Under the pieces are notes generated by a model that had not been told where the DNA came from, ran no database searches, and saw only the letters and a list, made by a program, of their open reading frames with translations. Below, one piece after another: positions 54,246 to 58,275 of a stretch of 58,275 nt of DNA. Position 1 is the stretch's first letter. Every line of letters starts with the position of its first letter. A program made the translations under genes and the position numbers. The stretch is from an uncultured archaeon. Lineage in GTDB: Archaea > Aenigmatarchaeota > Aenigmatarchaeia > GW2011-AR5. The DNA is taken from contig CAYJVT010000004.1 of the NCBI GenBank assembly GCA_964373695.1, forward strand, positions 1 to 58,275, in the 5' to 3' direction.

Positions 54246-54830
54246 ATGCTCTTTTCTTATCTTTTTCATGAGCGACAAGATACCGTTAGTGATATCGTTA
54301 AAACTTATAATCTGACACCAAAACTTGCGGATAAAGTAACAAGGATAGCAACAGCCAATATAGAAAAATACGGAATAACGGATTTTGACGACCAATACAG
54401 GTATTTAACGGAGCTTGTTGAAAGATTTACACAGCCATACCGGGAAAGACGTTTTAGAAGAATGGATTCTCCGGTTGGTGATTATAAGAGGCCTTTACAT
54501 GAGATCATCGGCGCTGAAGACCCGCATTTAACCGGGCTTTTTGATGAGCAAGAACCTGAAAGACAAAGTCTTTCAGGACAGGAAGTTATTGAATGCCTGT
54601 CAGGCCGACTGGACACGTATGACATCAGGGTGCTAATGAAACTTGTAGAAAGCGGCCAGATAGAGCAATTAACACCAAATGAAACACGCTTAATTCTCGC
54701 ATATGAGGATGTTGACGGAGACCCGGATGAGGCAGCAAGACATTCGGAATATAACGCCTCCACATTCATAAGACACCGGACGGGAGCGGGCTTGAAAATC
54801 CGTCCGCGAGGCAGCTCACAAGCGGAATGA
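54246..54830 (+). CDS. hypothetical protein (AT-rich islet)
   Basis: 194-aa ORF, more AT-rich than PCNA. No family recognised. Confidence 0.4.
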   Translation: MLFSYLFHERQDTVSDIVKTYNLTPKLADKVTRIATANIEKYGITDFDDQYRYLTELVERFTQPYRERRFRRMDSPVGDYKRPLHEIIGAEDPHLTGLFDEQEPERQSLSGQEVIECLSGRLDTYDIRVLMKLVESGQIEQLTPNETRLILAYEDVDGDPDEAARHSEYNASTFIRHRTGAGLKIRPRGSSQAE

Positions 54831-54844
54831 AATAAGGGTTATGA

Positions 54845-55213
54845 TTACCTCACAAACTCTACATCAGGCATGCCTTCAAAATGCGGGTCGCCTGTAAGGA
54901 ATTTCACCGAGTTTTCAAGGGCAATTATATAGCCCAAAGAATCAATGTAGCTGAATTTGTTTCCTATGTTCTTGAACCGGAATTTAGCGGCATTTTTTAT
55001 GGTTTCTTCGGTGTGAGCAACAGTGAATGAAATAAAAATGTCAAAATAATTTTCTGCCGTCTTTTCGTCATAATCCTTCAGGAGGGCGTAATAAAGCTCA
55101 AGCAGATTAAGCAATGACGTTATTTTGCCGCAGTCTTCGTACTTTTCATAATTTTCATTTCCCTTCATGATTTCGATAATTGCGTAAGTATCAAAGAAAA
55201 AAACTTCATTCAT
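54845..55213 (-). CDS. vapC: PIN-domain toxin VapC
   Basis: FFFDTYAIIE has the N-terminal acidic residue. The protein is about 120 aa, has an SYIDS motif, and overlaps the upstream antitoxin gene by 8 nt. Confidence 0.75.
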   Translation of the reverse strand: MNEVFFFDTYAIIEIMKGNENYEKYEDCGKITSLLNLLELYYALLKDYDEKTAENYFDIFISFTVAHTEETIKNAAKFRFKNIGNKFSYIDSLGYIIALENSVKFLTGDPHFEGMPDVEFVR

Positions 55214-55433
55214 GCCACAATTCCTCGTCGACTTCCTTCAGTATCTTGTCGGTTGGCTTTTTCCAGCCTCTCATGGAGCCAAAAACCTTATTCATATCAA
55301 CTTTTGCAGGCTTTCTTATTATAATTTTCAGCTTTGAGCCTTCCTTTATCTTTTCCTTTTCTGCCACGTCTTTGGGTATTATAACCCCTATAGAACTTCC
55401 CCATTTCTTGGCTATGACCTCAACGGTTTCCAT
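55206..55433 (-). CDS. vapB: AbrB/SpoVT-type antitoxin VapB
   Basis: KKWGSSIGVIIPKDVAEKEKIKEGSKLKI is the swapped-hairpin AbrB/MazE-like motif. Confidence 0.75.
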   Translation of the reverse strand: METVEVIAKKWGSSIGVIIPKDVAEKEKIKEGSKLKIIIRKPAKVDMNKVFGSMRGWKKPTDKILKEVDEELWHE

Positions 55434-55592
55434 AAACTTACCAGTTATATTTTATATAACTAACTTTAAATAGACACCGGACTTATTATGCATAGATAAA
55501 ATCTTGCATGTATTTTCCCATCATAATGACCTAATGCCTTATCGAGAGTTCCGGCCGGAAAGATTTTTGCCTGAACCGAGCATTGATGCGCA

Positions 55593-56102
55593 TCAATCCA
55601 TCTTCCACACGTTGAGAATCCAGTAGACGTACAGAAGGCCGTAGACCGCGAATCCCATGTAGAAGTACGGCAAGTAGGACGCGACACGGGTCGATATCGT
55701 TACCCACGAAAGCAGCACGCCGAGGCCTATCATAAGCGTGTAAAATGCCGGGACGGCGGCCTTCTCGAATTTCATGAGATGGTCATGCGCGTTCTTTACC
55801 GCCGTCGCCGACAGGTCCTCATTCATGAGCTTCTCCAGGTGGAAGCTCCTTTCTGCAACGACGCGAAGATACATTGAATGCCTCTTGTCCATGAGCCACA
55901 TCACCGACACGAACATCACGGAGAAAATGAGCATTATCGGCGAGTAAAGGACAAGATAGATTGAAAAAAACACAAAAGCCGAGAATATCGCGGCAACGCC
56001 AAGGCGCATGCCGATGAGCATCCTGTTGAACGAATGGGCCTCATGCCTGCACTGCTTCCACTCCTCCAGGTATTTCATGATAAACATCTGCCGCCGCGAC
56101 AA
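55593..56102 (-). CDS. integral membrane protein, unknown function
   Basis: 169 aa with four hydrophobic segments. No family recognised. Confidence 0.5.
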   Translation of the reverse strand: MSRRQMFIMKYLEEWKQCRHEAHSFNRMLIGMRLGVAAIFSAFVFFSIYLVLYSPIMLIFSVMFVSVMWLMDKRHSMYLRVVAERSFHLEKLMNEDLSATAVKNAHDHLMKFEKAAVPAFYTLMIGLGVLLSWVTISTRVASYLPYFYMGFAVYGLLYVYWILNVWKMD

Positions 56103-56172
56103 TTAAAGTTAATGCCCCGAGCTTTGCCATGTCTACATACAGAAAAATGTATAATTATCAGACGAAAGAATT

Positions 56173-56214
56173 GATACCAATACCGCGCCGGGCGGCGCGG
56201 ATTTTGGTGGTATC
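56173..56214. other. nested GC-rich hairpin in an intergenic region
   Basis: Outer arms are gatacca/tggtatc. The inner perfect 7-bp stem is ccgcgcc(56183-89)/ggcgcgg(56194-200) with loop gggc. Confidence 0.5.
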
Positions 56215-56299
56215 ATCACTTCATCATCTCACATGAGACGAATCATCAATGATTCCCGTTTGGCAGGTGTAATATATAAGCATTACGATGTTCGGGAAG

Positions 56300-56749
56300 C
56301 TACTTTCTATTGTAAATTATCATATCGCCTATCGAAATATTGTTCGCATCCGAAAAACCGCCGTTCACTTCCAATACGTACTTCGCCCTTCCGTAATAGC
56401 TTTCGCACAGAATTGCCCTGCAAGGCTGGGCATTCTTCGTTATGTTCACCACGATGCCGCCGGAATCAATGAAGAGCATGTCAAGAGGGATAAGAGTGTT
56501 CCTCATCCAAAAACTCCTGTCAGCTTCGTCGGGAAAAATGAAGAGCATCCCCTTGTCAGGGCCGAGATATTCCCTGAACATCAGGCCTCTTTCCCATTCC
56601 TGGGCGCTGTCGGCTATTTCGACATAGACGCGCTCTCCGGCGGCGTCGACGTAAGGCTGCGAGGAGACGCAGCCTGAAGCCAGAACAAGAAGAATGACGA
56701 GAATTTTCATAAAGAATAATTGGCGGCCATATATAAGAAAAGAAGTCAT
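56300..56749 (-). CDS. DUF192 family protein with lipoprotein-like signal
   Basis: RGLMFREYLGPDKGMLFIFPDEADRSFWMRNTLIPLDMLFID matches DUF192 (COG1430). ILVILLVLASGC is lipobox-like. Confidence 0.75.
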   Translation of the reverse strand: MTSFLIYGRQLFFMKILVILLVLASGCVSSQPYVDAAGERVYVEIADSAQEWERGLMFREYLGPDKGMLFIFPDEADRSFWMRNTLIPLDMLFIDSGGIVVNITKNAQPCRAILCESYYGRAKYVLEVNGGFSDANNISIGDMIIYNRK

Positions 56750-57021
56750 ATTTTTCTCACATATTCGATTTCAATTGAGATGCCACGGTATCTCATGGCG
56801 GCCGTTTTAAGGGCACCGAGCACTAAATTGTCGAGCTTGTAGTCGGTTTGTATAGTACCGTCAAAACAAGTTTCAGCTTCATAGCCAAGCGCGCCAAGCA
56901 AGTGTATGGAAGCATCCTGAACGTCGAAAAACGCCGCAGGCGAGCATATCCTGCCGGCCTTAATAGAATAAACGTGCATCAAATCAGTCCCCTGGAGCCA
57001 AATCTCTACATATCGACCCAT
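56746..57021 (-). CDS. hypothetical protein
   Basis: 91-aa ORF coupled to its neighbours by overlaps: 16 nt with the HIT gene and ATGA with DUF192. Confidence 0.4.
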   Translation of the reverse strand: MGRYVEIWLQGTDLMHVYSIKAGRICSPAAFFDVQDASIHLLGALGYEAETCFDGTIQTDYKLDNLVLGALKTAAMRYRGISIEIEYVRKI

Positions 57022-57497
57022 TTCTCCGGGGAGATGGGATTGGCTTTCGGCGGCCTTCTTTCTTCTTTCGGTTCTGGCTCCTTGAAAGCGATGGGCGCCG
57101 TTTCCAGCTTCTTCCTTATCTCTTCCATCTTCGCGTCGGGAAGTTGGGCTCTCTTGTACGTTATGACAACCATGTCATCCGGAAAGCGGGGTATTATGTG
57201 GAAATGGACGTGGGAAACGAGCTGCCCGGCATGCTTTCCGTTGTTCTGGACGACATTGACGCCGTCTGCCTTGAGCTCATGGACGACCTTCTTCACCAGC
57301 TCCTTCACCACAACAACGGCCTTTTCCAGGGATTCGTTGTCCGCTTCCACGATGGTCTCGAAGTGCTTTTTCGGCACCACGAGTATGTGGCCAGGATTGG
57401 CGGGATTTATGTCCAGAAATGCGATGGTATCGCTGTCGTTATAGACGACCCTGGCAGGCATTTCCTTCTTCGCTATCTTGCAGAAAAGGCAGTCCAT
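57006..57497 (-). CDS. HIT-family (histidine triad) hydrolase
   Basis: CLFCKI..., NPGHILVVPKKH and the triad HVHFHIIPR. It has a ~35-aa charged C-terminal extension. Confidence 0.9.
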   Translation of the reverse strand: MDCLFCKIAKKEMPARVVYNDSDTIAFLDINPANPGHILVVPKKHFETIVEADNESLEKAVVVVKELVKKVVHELKADGVNVVQNNGKHAGQLVSHVHFHIIPRFPDDMVVITYKRAQLPDAKMEEIRKKLETAPIAFKEPEPKEERRPPKANPISPEKWVDM

Positions 57498-57530
57498 TAA
57501 TGTCCCTTGTGGGCAAATTATAAAAGCGTT

Positions 57531-57899
57531 TCAGAGGCTCAGAGGCAGTATGAATACCCCGATGAAGGCCGACGAGAGCGCCATCATAACAGCAGCCGCA
57601 TATCTCAGGGCCTTCCCATGACTGTACAGCATCAAAGAACGGCTTCGCATGGAATAGGCGGCAAGCAGGGCGGCCGGGAGCAGTATTATCACCGTTATAG
57701 CCGCAGGCCACGCGCCCTCCAGTATCCCGTACTGCATGGCCTTCAGTATGAAATTGAGCCCGTAGGCCATCATGAAGAGGTAAATGACGGTCAGATACAG
57801 AAAATAATGCGGGTAATCCTTCGGGTCCATAATAGGATATCGGCCGGCTGGAATAAAAAGATGATTCAATCTTACAGATGGGTTGACTATAGTATTCAT
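57531..57899 (-). CDS. integral membrane protein, unknown function
   Basis: 122 aa with 3-4 hydrophobic helices. Confidence 0.45.
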   Translation of the reverse strand: MNTIVNPSVRLNHLFIPAGRYPIMDPKDYPHYFLYLTVIYLFMMAYGLNFILKAMQYGILEGAWPAAITVIILLPAALLAAYSMRSRSLMLYSHGKALRYAAAVMMALSSAFIGVFILPLSL

Positions 57900-57932
57900 A
57901 CTCCTCTGAAATGAAAATATGAAAACAACTAA

Positions 57933-58275
57933 TCAGAATCTGCTGCATAATACTATACCGCTTTCTTGAGCCATTTCCTCGAATGCCTTGGCAACTTCAG
58001 GTAGGGTTTCTTCAGTTGTTCCATCATTCTCTATTTTTCTTTTGGGCACATCAAGCCTGTCATAAAGCTCGTCTAGCAACGGCTTCAATTTGAACATATA
58101 TGACCTGTACATACCCATTATTTTTTGTCTTTCCTTAGGAGGAAACTCCTGGACGCGCTCTTCATATCTTGGCATTCTTCTATACCATGATGTTTCCGGC
58201 GATATATCAAGGAAAATAACCCCTGCATTTAATTTTGCAAGCCTTTCGCAATAATCCTGATAATAGCTTTCAAAA
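57933..58275 (-). CDS. hypothetical protein, C-terminal part (frame open to right edge)
   Basis: The track ORF starts at M58175, but the same frame stays open to the window end (FESYYQDYCERLAKLNAGVIFLDISPETSWYRR-MPRYEERV...). The gene is therefore probably truncated by the window. Confidence 0.45.
   Translation of the reverse strand, partial: FESYYQDYCERLAKLNAGVIFLDISPETSWYRRMPRYEERVQEFPPKERQKIMGMYRSYMFKLKPLLDELYDRLDVPKRKIENDGTTEETLPEVAKAFEEMAQESGIVLCSRF

Noticed and set aside
56120-56260. C/D-box sRNA on the minus strand (GTGATGA ... CTGA about 52 nt apart)
   Set aside because: No recognisable internal D'/C' boxes are present. The interval is filled by a GC-rich hairpin, not by guide-length single-stranded segments.

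Overview
This is an archaeal chromosomal segment. The evidence is S19e/L39e/L31e, aIF6, prefoldin alpha, FtsY, SRP54, proteasome alpha, SBDS, exosome Rrp4/41/42, PCNA and RNase P Rpp21. My inference, with no database check, is a small-genome DPANN/Micrarchaeota-like or related lineage. Two conserved archaeal gene arrays are recognisable: rnp4-rps19e-PDCD5-rpl39e-rpl31e | eif6-pfdA-ftsY | srp54, and psmA | SBDS-rrp4-rrp41-rrp42. Lineage-specific DNA is inserted at the points marked |. The main accessory content is three loci for giant (about 1,630-2,260 aa) secreted proteins saturated with N-x-S/T sequons. Two of these are each followed by a paralogous roughly 500-aa membrane-anchored protein with a PGF-pre-PGF-like domain. 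The third carries an equivalent domain and its own TM anchor, so I propose a modular surface-layer or adhesin system with split and fused forms. Other notable items found by reading the DNA:
- A roughly 95-bp double-hairpin MITE-like element in three copies. Two copies are 100% identical and interrupt a DUF167 gene and a transglutaminase-like/TPR gene, each flanked by TA.
- A 170-nt tRNA-Cys(GCA) gene that folds into a cloverleaf only if a 71-nt canonical intron and a roughly 27-nt D-arm insertion are removed. It is bracketed by inverted MITE copies.
- A 538-aa LAGLIDADG intein with an HTH domain, inserted in the P-loop of FtsY.
- Short genes missing from the ORF track: rpl39e, a 45-aa RHH protein and a 32-aa zinc ribbon.
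- AT-rich islets carrying a retropepsin-like protease pair and a VapBC pair.
All functional calls rest on motif recognition by eye. No searches were run.
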